This document shows positions 63,926-64,000 of a DNA stretch of 64,000 bases, piece after piece. The notes under the pieces are model-generated. The model saw nothing but the letters and a program-made list of their open reading frames with translations. It made no database searches and was not told the DNA's origin. The translations under genes were made by a program, and so were the position numbers. This DNA is from the human T2T-CHM13v2.0 reference genome, Homo sapiens, in the NCBI RefSeq assembly GCF_009914755.1, contig NC_060934.1; one strand, 5' to 3'. Numbering within the stretch: the first letter of the stretch is position 1; every line of letters begins with the position of its first letter.

Positions 63926-64000
63926 GGGGAGTCAGGGGAGGCATGGGTGTCTCCTCAGTGCCGGCTACCTGCAGGCACAGGGTAGTGGATGCTGGGAGGT

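Overview
Primate (very likely human) non-coding genomic DNA. I can support no intact protein-coding gene, RNA gene or CRISPR array; most ORFs in the track are Alu-, L1- or tandem-repeat-derived. Main contents: (1) an MRPS21 processed pseudogene (CDS remnant 1705-1968) whose apparent target-site duplication suggests a ~1.1-kb retrocopy of a long-3'UTR mRNA isoform; (2) a full-length ~6.1-kb L1PA (probably L1PA6) on the minus strand at ~14012-20149, with ORF1 broken by a single nonsense codon, an intact endonuclease-domain ORF and an open antisense ORF0 homologue; (3) over 30 Alu/FLAM/FRAM copies (several nested, inverted, truncated or with odd tails), plus MaLR/ERVL LTRs, hAT MITEs and old L1M pieces; (4) repeat-free islands dense in homeodomain/TALE/FOX/SOX/POU or AP-1 motifs that look like distal enhancers; (5) a ~1-kb CpG-rich composite VNTR (62917-63925) of 19- and 28-bp modules with 132-bp higher-order duplications, carrying HRE/CRE/ETS/CSL-type motifs and preceded by a near-consensus splice acceptor. 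I see no evidence for a wholly new biological system; the VNTR and the candidate enhancers are the best leads. Repeat subfamily names come from memory of consensus sequences and need RepeatMasker/Dfam confirmation.
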